The notes beneath the pieces are model-generated. The model made no database searches. It was not told where the DNA came from and saw only the letters and a list, made by a program, of their open reading frames with translations. A stretch of 64,000 nucleotides of DNA from Picochlorum sp. SENEW3. Taxonomy: Eukaryota. The stretch is from the NCBI GenBank assembly GCA_034226945.1, contig CP120458.1, positions 558,001-622,000 of the forward strand, written 5' to 3'. The position numbers were made by a program, and so were the translations under genes. Positions 46,682 through 58,461 of this stretch are shown here, in pieces (position 1 is the first letter of the stretch; each line of letters opens with the position of its first letter).

Positions 46682-49600
46682 TATATCCCGAATTTGCACT
46701 GTGGCCTGCATGGCCGCCTGCCGGGCCTGCCTGGGCCTAATCAATTCTGCCGACCGCCTATTTCCACTCAGAAGCCTGTTCTGCGCCGAATAGTTCAAAA
46801 ATCGCTGTCTGTGGACGGGCGGAAGGTGGAAATGCGGTGATTTTGACGAACATCGTAACCGAAGAGTTGGAACTAGAGCCTACACTGTGACACGAAATGA
46901 AAAGTAGATTAAAAAATAAGACTTCAAAAACATGAGACAGACTTCAAGGCCCAAAGATGAGGAAGATATTGCGACTAAAGTTCGCGATAGTCGAGCTTTG
47001 GACCAAAGGGTTGACTGAGAACCACCTATTCACAGAAGAGTCAACGTCTCAGCATATCATTTACATTGTAGACGGTCAAACAGACTATCTATTTGAATCA
47101 TATCCTACTAGGTTTGAATCAATATGTAAGAAGATAGAACCTTTTTCATATTTGACAATGCGTCCATCAAATCCTGTGGTTGATGAGGACTTTTTAGTCC
47201 ATAAAGATACAGACAGGCGGATTTCAAGAAGACGCGTCGCGTTTACAGCAGCAGTTGATCCAACACAACGTGGAAAACAAAGTACGCCTGTTGAAAATCA
47301 AAGACCAAGAAGGCGTGCCACCGGGAGAACACACCTCCAGAATGTAGATTACCTGTTGTTCCATGATGACTGTGGTGTGGATGATCCTTTTGACTCGAAC
47401 TTTGAAGGGTACGATGCGACGCAAATGTCACATGGCAATCACGGTCAGAATAATATCCCTTCTTCTTCTGGATCGAGGAGAAGAGCACGCCGGCGCCCGA
47501 GAGATGTGGAAGACGCTGATCACCATGTGGAAGAGGAGGAAGACCTGGAGACTGTGATTGAGAATGACCATGCCTCCGAATTCTTTGACATGGACTATTG
47601 CGATCCACACCTACCGAGATTGAGCAATCAAATATTTGAAATTGAAGCACGTGGGCGAGAAAGAGGCAGAGACTACTATGATTTGTTGTTGGAAGCGACC
47701 AAACAGTGGGATGACCTGTGCTCCAAAATATTCACGGAAATGGCGCGGTGCTGTCTGTGCGGAGCATGCGAACTTGGTGGATCACTGAATCCCACATTTG
47801 GGAATGTCCAAGAACACAGGGCCGATGTAGACAATGGTAAGTGCCGAGCCGAAAGGAACAACCCCAGTCTGCCAGGAAAGTACAAATTTCGAAATGGAAG
47901 GGGCCAAATATGCTGAAAACAGTGCAAGACGTGTCACAACGTGACACGGATGAATTCCAAAAATAAAAGAACAACGGACTGGGAGGTGAATTTCGTCGTC
48001 ATGGAGGATAAACAGTATGCCGGTGTGCTGCTTGTGTGCCACCCTCAAGAGAGACAGTTGCTGCAGTGCGTGGACCTTGGGTATGAATTCACTGAATACG
48101 CTTCTGGGAGCACTGGGATGGCCAAGGCGTTCAACATGTTTTTGGCACCGATAGTCAGAGAGATGGGCACACGGTACGAGGATGAAAACTTTTCTGATGT
48201 CGCCAGTAATACCCTGATGGTTGGACAGGATGGCAGACCTCTCGTACGCCCTGGAGCTCAGTCAATTATATGTACCGACCTGGTCATCAATCCTGTCTAT
48301 CGCAAGCTGAGACCGATGGCGGAGGTGCCCGACCTCATGCTGAATAGGTATTTGGCACCTGGGATTGTCGAGTCCATCCTCGAAGTTGCTCGCAATCGTA
48401 ATCCTGTGATATATCAGACGCCTGCTGATCAGACAGAACGTGGTGATCCCAAGGTACGTGCAGTTCTATGCATGCTGCTGTGAACAGCATATTGGCTGAC
48501 AAGATCTGTATTCATGCAGGCTGAGGAGTCTCCATCAACTGATGCCCCAGGTCCTTCTGGCAATCAAAACACAGAAGATGAACAGATGGACGGTGTCGAC
48601 GACGTCCATCAGGTATGATTTTACTTTTGAATACGTTTCAGCCGTATTCCTATCCTCACCAAGACATGCTGCGGTGTTCAGGCACAAGAACAGGACATGG
48701 TCATCATTGCTAACAATCCTGTGTACAAGAATGCATTGTATGGGTCGACGCCCATGAATGTAGGAAAAGTGTATCCAAGGCACATCGATAGACATTCCGA
48801 TGTATGCGACCCTGAAAAGCTTGCCTGCTATCCCAGTGATGTAGCCAGTATTCGAAAGCAGCACATCAGCGTGGAGGACACAGCAGCTCCCACAGCACAC
48901 ACTCCAGGCGAGCCTGATCCAACTCAGGGTGCTGAAGATGCTACTGATGATATTAGTCAGGTCGCGGAGCAGTTTGAGGTCCTGCGTTTGCCAAAAAGCG
49001 ACATTCCCATAACGGCCGAGAACACAATCTTTCCATATCTGTTTCCCAAAGGCAAGGGCCATTTCATTCCTCCTCAGGGCAAACAGTCTTTTGTGGGTGA
49101 ATTCGGCCAGTATCTAAAAAACAGGCTATCGTGCCTATTCTCTCCATTTACCCTCGTGCAAGAGTACATACTGATGATGTAGCAAATTATGATTGTGATG
49201 CAGTACACGACATCCCAGCGAAAGTTTACTTTGACTGATGCATACAAGAGGAGGAGGATTTCACACCCCCAACGAAAGCGAAGAAAACTTCGTCCGTCAC
49301 TTGATTAAATACAAAGTGCCAGGTATTATTGATTTTTCGCCTCAGTGGTGGCGCATCAAAGTGAATGAAATCAATGCCCTCACCAAGGAATCTGGAATGC
49401 CAGATTATTTCCTCACGCTCACGGTGGATAACGTAACCGAGCTGAAATGGAACGAATACAAACAGATGGATGCAATACTGGAAGAGCTCAATACGTTGCA
49501 CCAAGATCGTGGTGCATACAAACAAAAGATGAACAACTGCCAGGCAGAAGCTGCTGTCCTCTTCCATCACCAAGTCACGAATTTCATGCAATACTTCATT

Positions 49601-50880
49601 CTAGGAGGAGTCAAACGACTGGGGGAGATCACCAAGTATACATGCCGGTACGAAATGCAAGGAAGACAGGCGGTGTACGCGCATATCCTTCTGTGGTCAA
49701 CACCAGAATCCGTTGCCCGGTACAGCAACCAGATTCAGAGAGACATTGTGCTGGATGTAGGGCCTGATGGAGCCCTGCAACCTCCGGATACCGATTCCAA
49801 TCCTGGAAAGTACCGACTGCATCAGATTGTCCGACGAAAACAAATACATAGCTGCAATGGGAAATGCATCAGGCGAGGAGGGTGCAAACTCCATTTTCCT
49901 CATGGCATCCATCTGGGGGAGATTGAACTGGATGAGATCAACAACTCGTACGACTACTATTGCCCAAACTATGAAAGCAGAAATGTCGTCGAATACATTC
50001 CACTTGTACGTTGAAAACGACCATCTGTTGTAATAACTTTAACTGCAGCTGCTGATGGCCTGAAATAGGGTAGGGTACCCTGGAATGGGCACATGTGCCT
50101 CAAAAGAGTCACCCACTCGGAGCTGTCCTTTTACGTCTGCAGGTTCACGATGAAGTCGGAACCCACGGGAAATCTGGTCGTCGATACCGAAGTCGAGAAG
50201 CAGCTGAACATGGCCCGCATTGATCCTGCCGTCATCAAGGTGGTCAATGCTGCTACGCAGAGCCAGCCAGTCAGCCACGTTGAGGCCTCCCTACAGTATT
50301 TGGGAATTCCTGTGGCAGACCTGCGGATGAAATTCGATGGCAGATGGATCAAAAGTCCTTTCCTGTATATCCGGACAGAACTGCAGGAGATTTGTCGCAC
50401 CATGTTGAGTTGCAGCAATGCACCATCACCCCACACATGGACTATTATGAAAACAGGCCCGACCTTCCAGAGTTGGAGAATATCACCTACCCCGAGTTTT
50501 TCAAAAGGTACAGAGTGCTCAAAAAGCAATTACAAGGTGACGACCTGTACGTTGGCCGAGACAGAAAAAATAGGTTTGTATACAGACACAGGTGTCCCCA
50601 GATTGTACATGTCACCAACCACTCTCCCACAGTGTTGCCAGAAGGTTTTTTCTATAATTTGCTGCTATCGACCATCTCCTTCCGCATGGAAGGTACGCTG
50701 ATCCATGAAGGCTCGTACTTCAAAAAGTGCCAGGCATTGGAAATGGTAGAAACAGATGAAGATCTGGAGAATGAGGTGTCTCTGAAATTGAGTCGCCATT
50801 TGCAACAGTACTACAGGGACTACAACATTACCAAGTACTGTCTCCTCTCGGATGTTGCCAAATTGAGAGAATATTACAAG
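46682..50880 (+). mobile_element. Helitron-like element with multi-exon Rep gene (frameshifted; helicase not present in this copy)
   Basis: Motifs FPYLFPKGKG, MPDYFLTLTVD (I), RYEMQGRQAVYAHILLW (II variant), HSC..C...CKLHFP, FYVCRFTMKSEP (III variant), PEGFFYNLLL. Colinear with the 30235 RepHel. Confidence 0.8.
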
Positions 50881-50889
50881 ACTAGTAAT

Positions 50890-51400
50890 ATGCCCCATGC
50901 ATCCGAGGTGATGGCAGTGGTGGATGACAGGGAGGACCCGAAGGAGAAACGCGGCCTGAGGCTGTTGGCGCGCAATCGCGTGGATTGCAAGACGCCGGTG
51001 ATCATCTGGGACATCAGCCCCTGCATTTTGTGCTGCTCTATCCCTGGGGCACCCCTGGGTGGCACACCGGCATGGGGTTGTCCCCTCTGCAATATGGGGC
51101 GTTCTGGCTCCATGACAGGGCTGGCGCTCATGCAGACTTCACCAAAGGAGGTCGATTGTTCCAGGAATGGGTACTGGATACATGTGTCAAGGTGGAGAGG
51201 CAGAGATTGAACTATCTGAAGACGGACGACTTTCGTCGGAAGATGCGCAGGAGTGCTCTGGGGCCTCTGAGGCAGGCCATCAGGCACGGCAGGCGCAAGG
51301 GCTCCCAGGCAGGGACCGGGGCTGCCGAGGTGCCCGCGTCGCACATCAGGTCGCGAGCGTATTTCAGAAAAAAGAGGTACGATTCGTACGCACTGGCCGA
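50890..51400 (+). pseudogene. fragment of a canonical Helitron Rep N-terminal region (different family)
   Basis: LHFVLLYPWGTPGWH..GGRLFQEWVLDTCVKVERQRLNYL..VPASHIRSRAYF..YDSYAL matches the Helitron_like_N pattern; visibly more GC-rich than its neighbours. Confidence 0.75.
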
Positions 51401-51616
51401 GAACCCTGCTTGTATAAAAATAAGAAAAGTTAGGGGGCTTATATATATGTATGTGTGTATCATATGCTCTTGCTATTGCACGGAGCATACATACAATTTG
51501 AAAAATCTCAAATTTGAGCGGCGGTAAAATGGACTTCATTGCATAGCAAGAGTACAGTCGCCTCGGGGCATTTCCTGTGAGTGAATGCGACTTGGTTCGG
51601 TCTGTAATGGATCTAA

Positions 51617-52876
51617 TTGGACGTGGTGGATCCCGTTGTAATTTATAAGTATAATAAAAGAATACTAAGGACGAAACATGCCTCTTCTCTGTATGGAGTT
51701 TCAAATGGGCTCCTCCCGGAGGGCGAGATTTCTTCAGCAAATTGCAGCGGATATGACAGTGACATCGCCGAAAACAATGCAAATTTATCAGAAAAATCCA
51801 AAGCGTCGAACAAGCCGCGCGGACCGGTTGGCAAACTTTTCAAAAAGCGCTTCGAGGAGCCAGCCCAAAGGTACCCATTGCTGGAAAAGGGGGAATTGAG
51901 CTCCAGAGTAAAGGTCGATGACCAGGTGCATGGTCTTATCATGTCTCTCTACGTGGATTACACCCACTGGTGTCGGGAAGCCTTCAATGCACGGGATGAA
52001 TGTGCAGTTTTGGGCACCAAGGTGGGTGAGCTGGAGGGGACAGTGAGTGAGTTGCAAGGCAAGTTGAGCAACATGAGGGAGCTAGTCGACAAGGTTGTTC
52101 AAGACTCTGCTCCATTCTTGAGAGACTTTACCAACATGGTGAGTAAGTGCCAAGACGCGCAATCGCAGATAGCAGGGTACATGAACATACTGAGAGAGTA
52201 TGGTGGGCATGGGGAGTTGGAAGCTGCAAGCGAAGGGGCAGACCCTGCCCTCAACCCTCCAGCAAGGGAGCCCCTTCCATCCCAAGCCATCGAAAGGGAT
52301 TCAGAATCAATGTACAACAGCCTTTCGATCGAAGGAACGCCAAGCGGCTTCGAAAGAGCACTAGATGGCGAACAGAGAGTGTTTGAGCATGTGATCCATG
52401 TATACTCTGTACAGACAGGGGGGCAACATCTCTTGGATAAGCACAAGCGGCGGATTTCTCCTGGATATTACGTTTTGCAGCATGAATTGAGTGAATTATT
52501 ACAGAGCACGGTGAATAAGAAGATTTCTAACTTTGGGAATTTCACAAAGACATCCCAGTGCAAATTTTCTGTGAGCAAAGCCGTCCTGATCTCCAAACTG
52601 CTCCCAGAGGTGATACAAACGCTTCGAAGCAAAGGCATTGTATCTGACGAAGGCCGTCCAGATCAGGAATACAGCTTTGTGCCCATGGTTGATGCGAGCA
52701 TGGTGGTGGAGGCATTTCGAGAGAAGCACTGTACAGGCAAGAGTACCAGGGAGAGGCTGGACCGTCTCCTGCACCTCTTCCGCGATCTCACGAGAGCGGG
52801 GCAAGCAAACCAGATTGAATATCCACGTGGGCATTATGTTGTCGAGAAAGCGGGCTCTTGCTCCTCGGGGGCATGA
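51617..52876 (+). CDS. hypothetical coiled-coil protein; convergent companion of the KDZ transposase (5' end uncertain)
   Basis: Long ORF ending 60 bp from the KDZ stop; its 5' part runs into a CATACAGAGAAG terminus at 51684-51695. Confidence 0.6.
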   Translation: MDVVDPVVIYKYNKRILRTKHASSLYGVSNGLLPEGEISSANCSGYDSDIAENNANLSEKSKASNKPRGPVGKLFKKRFEEPAQRYPLLEKGELSSRVKVDDQVHGLIMSLYVDYTHWCREAFNARDECAVLGTKVGELEGTVSELQGKLSNMRELVDKVVQDSAPFLRDFTNMVSKCQDAQSQIAGYMNILREYGGHGELEAASEGADPALNPPAREPLPSQAIERDSESMYNSLSIEGTPSGFERALDGEQRVFEHVIHVYSVQTGGQHLLDKHKRRISPGYYVLQHELSELLQSTVNKKISNFGNFTKTSQCKFSVSKAVLISKLLPEVIQTLRSKGIVSDEGRPDQEYSFVPMVDASMVVEAFREKHCTGKSTRERLDRLLHLFRDLTRAGQANQIEYPRGHYVVEKAGSCSSGA

Positions 52877-52935
52877 GAGAGCAGGCCAGCATGGCAACCC
52901 CCCATGAGCTCATGCACTGGGCAGCATCCTTGCCC

Positions 52936-55324
52936 TCAGGAATGGAGCCCGTTCCGTCTCCGCCTCCTCTCCTCCTCTGCATTCAGCTTTTCTAGTTTTC
53001 GAAAGTTCCCATAGCACATGAACGACTTGAGGAGCGTCATGAACGACTTCTGAGACATCCTGGACATCATGGACTTGAGGTTCTTCAGGGCTGCATTGTT
53101 CTGCTCAGCTATTTGGGTGTTGATGAGCTTGAGCCACGAGTCTTCGTGCGCTTTGATGCTATATCCAAGGCTGCACGCCTTATGGTTGACCCAATGGAAC
53201 GCATCCACGAAGAATTTGGTGTGCATGAAGAACAGGGGAGCTCTGCTCAAGCAATAGTCCTGCAAATTGCATGCATTGTCGTAGATCACGTACTCTGGAG
53301 CCTTTTCAATATGACATGTCATGAATGTAAACGGTTCGTTCCTCCCCTCTGCTTCTTTGATGATGAACGAGGCATATACAAACCCATGCTCACACAGGAT
53401 GGTGAACACCCCTCCTGTTCTGTCACCTGGCTTGTAGAAAGCATGATCGCACTTATCCGACCCCTCTTTCTTCTCATCCTCTCTACTTTTGTCGGCCGTG
53501 TAGTGTGGTTTTCGCCGAAGGCGAGGAAGGCCAGTCAGTATGCCCGTTTGCAGGTATGACCCATCCAGTACAGGCACCTGGTTCTCCTGGTCCTCCTCCA
53601 CACCACTCCCAAGCTCCCTCTCCAGGCTATACCCGCTAGGAAATGTAGTGACATCCTTTATTCTCGTAAATAATTCTGTCAGCAGGGGTTTCCACTCGGG
53701 GGGAACTCGGACGTGCCCCTGTGAGTGGCTCACTGTCTGTAGCAATTTGCACAGGTATGGGGAGTGTTTCATCAGGTCCTGCATCACCCCACTCGAGATC
53801 CGCGAGCCATCCTCTACCCATTCTTTTATATGGGATATATTCTTCATCGAGATATACGACACCACCGGGGATTCGCTCGCGAGGCAGCGAACGAAGTCTG
53901 CCAGGGCCAACCGTTTCGGTTGAGTGGACCATGCTCTTGCATTGGTGTGTGCCCACTTCAGGAATGAGTCCAAGCTCCATGCCCTACCCAATTCAAGTAA
54001 CCTAGATCTCTTGGTAAACATTGGGGACTCTGCTGAAGGCTCTCCGAGCCTTCGGATCCACTTTTGGAACTGATCCAGCAATCTCACCAGCTCTGCCCTG
54101 TGTTGTTTTGTCCTCACTCCTGCCACCACATTCACGAACGCCCTCTGTCTCTTTCCCCACCTTTTGGGGACCTCGTTTCCAGTATCATCTGATTTGATGA
54201 TGCTTTGAGCGAAGCATCCCTTGGACCGGATGCTCATGGACGTCCCATCCATGATGAGCACCCTGGGGGAGCATGCAGCATGGGCACATCATGGGGTTAT
54301 CAAGGGCCCGCTCTTCGTGTCCAGTCCTCCATACCATCTTCCAGGATATTCTCTTTCCGAATTGTATCGCAGCGTTTCGAAACTTGGTGGCATCCATGAA
54401 TGGCTGAACAGATTCATCCAGTCTGGGGCACCCGTCACTGTCAAACACAAAACTCCCATGGTACTTCCTGCGCGGCTCATCGCACTGACTCTCCAACGAC
54501 TGCGCACCCAACAGCAGGGCAGAGTTATAGGCATCATACATCATCTGCAGCTCCACCACCATCGTGGAAGACACCCTCCAGAGACCATCATGCACCCCAG
54601 TGTAGGGAACAGTGCATTCAGGCTTCCTATTTGGGCACACCCATCGATACATGGGCCTTTCGTGGATGCAATCATATCTTGAAGTATTCAAAAATACTCG
54701 AACAGATTGATAGTCGAGTTGAAGGCCCGTGACCTCATCGTACTCCTGCTGGCAATGGCAGAGGTTCCTGGGCTTTGGTGGCCTCAGACCTGTGAGGGCA
54801 GAAAAATGCTTGCCACCTGGCTTGGGATGCGTCCACGCCGCGAGTCCGGCGTGATGAATCCTTTGTATAGACTCCCTAATATCTTCACCGAGCGGCGTGG
54901 TAATCTGCGCCTCCTCAGGGTGAGTTTCCAGGTACCAGTCCAATGTGCCTGGAGGTGGGGATGGAACAAGGTCAGGCTCTGTCATGCCCTGGTTCTCCAA
55001 GAGCGCGACAGCGCTCTCTTGGTCCACTCCGTTCATCATACGCACATGTCTACATCTGCGACAGTCTCGACACAGGCTGCATCGCCAGCCTACTGTGTCT
55101 AGCTTGACAAAGGCATTGTCATGGTAGTACCCCACACATTCTTTGTTCTTCAACTGAATTTGAATCACATCGCACGCTCTCCCAAACCTACACTTTTTGA
55201 AGGTCTCTAGGTGCTTGGAAATATATTGCACATGCAGACAGTCATGAGAGCCCCCAATTCCCCCCACGTTGGGGCTCTGGGGCGGGGAGCCAGAAACCTC
55301 TCCTGGGCCATCCATGTCACTCAT
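52936..55324 (-). CDS. KDZ transposase with SWIM-like and CxC4-like clusters (Dileera-like, tentative); one frameshift near 54265
   Basis: CSLC..CRRCRH, CTVPYTGVHDGLW, CPCC..IMDGT, RTGGVFTILCEHG, AEGRNEPF, VIYDNAC, VDAFHWVNHKAC, NTQIAEQNNA. Confidence 0.88.
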
Positions 55325-55903
55325 ACTGGCGACAAATATGTAAGATATTAATTTGTAGTGCTATAAACACGCTCGAAGGAACTGCAAAGCCCAGCAAGTA
55401 GGTCGAGAGGTCCACTCGAGTCGGCGCAATCAAACAAGTCGCCGCACTGTACACCGCACGGATCACTCCGACGATTTTTTTCTTGAAATAACTGTATTAT
55501 GATAAAGATATGTGCAAAGCGGCACGAATTCTAGTGCTGTCTGCAGTGAGATTATTTCGCCAGCGGCATGCACTAGTTCGGCCTGGAAAACCCCCGATTT
55601 CTTAATTTCTATATAGTGGCCTTATATCGAAGAGCTATATGCCTCGGAGGTGGAACACATCAGAAGCGCTGCCTTTGTTGTACAGAGACATATCACCCTT
55701 GTCTAACGGCTGGATTTGCATCCTTGATCCTTGGTGAGCCCCAGGTGGTCAGTTTAATATTCCTGATTTGAACCTGATTTTGACACTTCGCTCAGAAAGC
55801 GGCAGTATGCTGTATCTTGCTGGAGAGCAAGCCGGCTTCCCAACTCTGATTGTCTTGGAGGGAGCCATGATATGTGGCCGATAATCATGACACACATTCA
55901 GGT

Positions 55904-56398
55904 TCATTGAAATAGAGAAATCAGACAAGGAGGCAGGGATTCGTCAACCATGTAACCTTGCTCTATGTCCATAAATCCAGAGGCCGACCCTAGATGTCTG
56001 GTAATCTGCACAGCAAACTGGTCGGCAGAGCTTACCAGTACAACATTGGAATTATTGACAAAGGACTGAGCACCAACATAATTAGATATAACCTTTTTCT
56101 TGTACTCCAGATATTCGCTGATCTTTGTGACGATTCCTGAGAAAGCAATCTGTGTAGGGGCAATGCATACATGGCACAAACTGTAATCTTTCTGTTCTCT
56201 GCAGATGACCCCTTTTCGATTACAAAATTCCGTTTTCCACCTGTCACCAAAAATGTACAGTCTGACCCCATCGATCTTCAATCTTGGGAAAACAAATTTC
56301 AGAAACCAATGCATTGCAAATTCGTTATACAAGTGACCGCAGGGTTGTGTACTTTGCTTACGTATGGCCATGTGGGTCCTCCCGCCGCAGGAGTTCAT
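55904..56398 (-). pseudogene. degenerate hypothetical gene fragment
   Basis: 164-aa protein-like ORF flanked by stop/frameshift-broken coding-like sequence; function not recognised. Confidence 0.3.
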
Positions 56399-58461
56399 TT
56401 GAAATCATTCTACAAATATACAATCAGTAACAGTACTAGATTGCAAAGGCCTAAAAGCTCTTCCAGCAAAATCAAGGGCTGAGGCAGCAATACAAAGCCT
56501 GTTTACGGAAATCTTCTAAACTCAAAAGTGATGGATGATCTCCACAGTATGATTGACAGGGAGGCTGACCCTGACTGGAAAATCAAAGGAGACTAGAGCA
56601 AGGCAATGCACAAGGATGTTGTAGCAGGGGCGAGGTGTTCCCTGTTCAAAAGTGTCGTCATCGTGGGAGTACTCGTTGCAACACGACAAGTAAGCGTCCC
56701 AAACATAGATATCGTGCGGGGCGCATATAATGACACTAATTGGTCAGATATTCTTACATTATAAGAAATAGTAGTAGTTATATTTGAAGTCCTCCAGCCT
56801 GGAACTGGTATGTATACATTTCATGAACACTGCCACATCATGGAATGTAGAAAACTTTTCCAGGGGTGCACAATAACAGTACAGCCCTCGTTATATTACA
56901 TTCCTCCCCGCTACGTTTGGATCAACTGTAGTTCGTTACGTGTGGATGGAAGGAAAAAAGACCATTGCAGGTGCTGAGGTATTTTTTTTTGGTTCAACTC
57001 AGCAAGCAAGGGGTGGATCTCCCCTTGAAAAAATTCCCACACCAATTCATACAGATTGCATTGCAAATAATAAGAACAGGTGTTTGTTTGGCACCTCGAC
57101 TACTGAATTACTCTACATGGCAGTAACTATACTCTCGTTCTACCCTTCTGACCACCATCAAAATCCTCGATTCCTCAACTCTCCTCCAAAACCGCATCCT
57201 AAGCATTCTTATTATACATTGAACCATAACTTATTTAATAGAAAAGAACAGATCAAAGAAAATCCACCAATCGAGAAGAAAACTCGCGGATCATCATCGA
57301 TGCATGCATTCATTCCTTCCAAGTCTTATTTGCTCCTACTTCCTTTATGGCCTTTTCAATCCCTGAATAGTGAACTAAACTAATATTAAGGGCTATATTC
57401 ATCGGCGCCGAGTCGAATGGATCTCACCAACCGAATGGTCGTCGTTTCCGATCGCGTCGCGACGGTTGGGACGAAGACGCCCAGAATCGTTCCTTTGTGG
57501 GCACGAAGGAGCATCATTCTTGCTTTAAAATTATATATCAGTCGAAAGAACCGACGACTGACCACCACGGAGCACAATAGGGTTCCAACAACAACCGTTC
57601 CACGGGAATAATGTCATGACAACACTCCCAACGGTGCCAGCAGGCCACGACCTCCTTCTCCCAGGTTTTCCATCCTTCAGTATCTTATATTTATATATCT
57701 TTCAAGGAGACTCCTGGGCTCCCTCCAATCAAACTCACTCACAGAGGTGGCTTTGCCCAGAGGTTGTTGCGAATTTTGTTGTGAACATTGGTGGTGAATG
57801 CGACGCGAAATACTCCTGATGCTGGTGAGCGGAGAAGCTCTTTACTAGCATCTCATCAATTCCATATGTATGAGATGCCTAAAGTCGTCAGGCCACGGGT
57901 AAAAGCTCTCAACCTTGGAGTCTGAGGCAGCTGCTTGTGCTTGATTCCTGGCCCATTGCAAAAACATGCGGTGGCCAAGGTGGGTCCTCGCCATGTAAAT
58001 GCGCCATCTGGCTCCTTGCATGGTTTCTGTGGATATATATAAGACATAGTAGCACCACAGACGCGACGATAGAGTGCTCACGTGCCCACAATCGTATCCC
58101 AAGCGTTGGGAAGTGACTCCCAGACACACCCCTCCCTAGATGACCGGTCACGCAAAATCTGGGAAATCTGAGAAAGATCTTTTTGAATTACATCCATATG
58201 AGGTCCTGAAAGTGAAAGAACAGAGAAAAAGCCCTCACGCGACCAGAAAAGTGACCTCAAGCCAAAAGGTTAGAGTTCTGAACACCCCTTAACACCCAAA
58301 GCAGAACAGTCAACCATACAGGCTCACACTCACCTCCAGAGACCTGTCCATCAGCCTCTGCTCTGATACCCTCCATACCATTTTCGAAATAGAATTTATA
58401 CATCAATTTTAAATGGATCAGTAGGTGTCGGAGCCAAACTTGTGAGACATGCCTCCATATG

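Noticed and set aside
56400..58460. Additional genes between KDZ-2 and the FkbM gene
   Set aside because: Only short, stop-riddled frames without recognisable motifs; possibly decayed genes, but unsupported.
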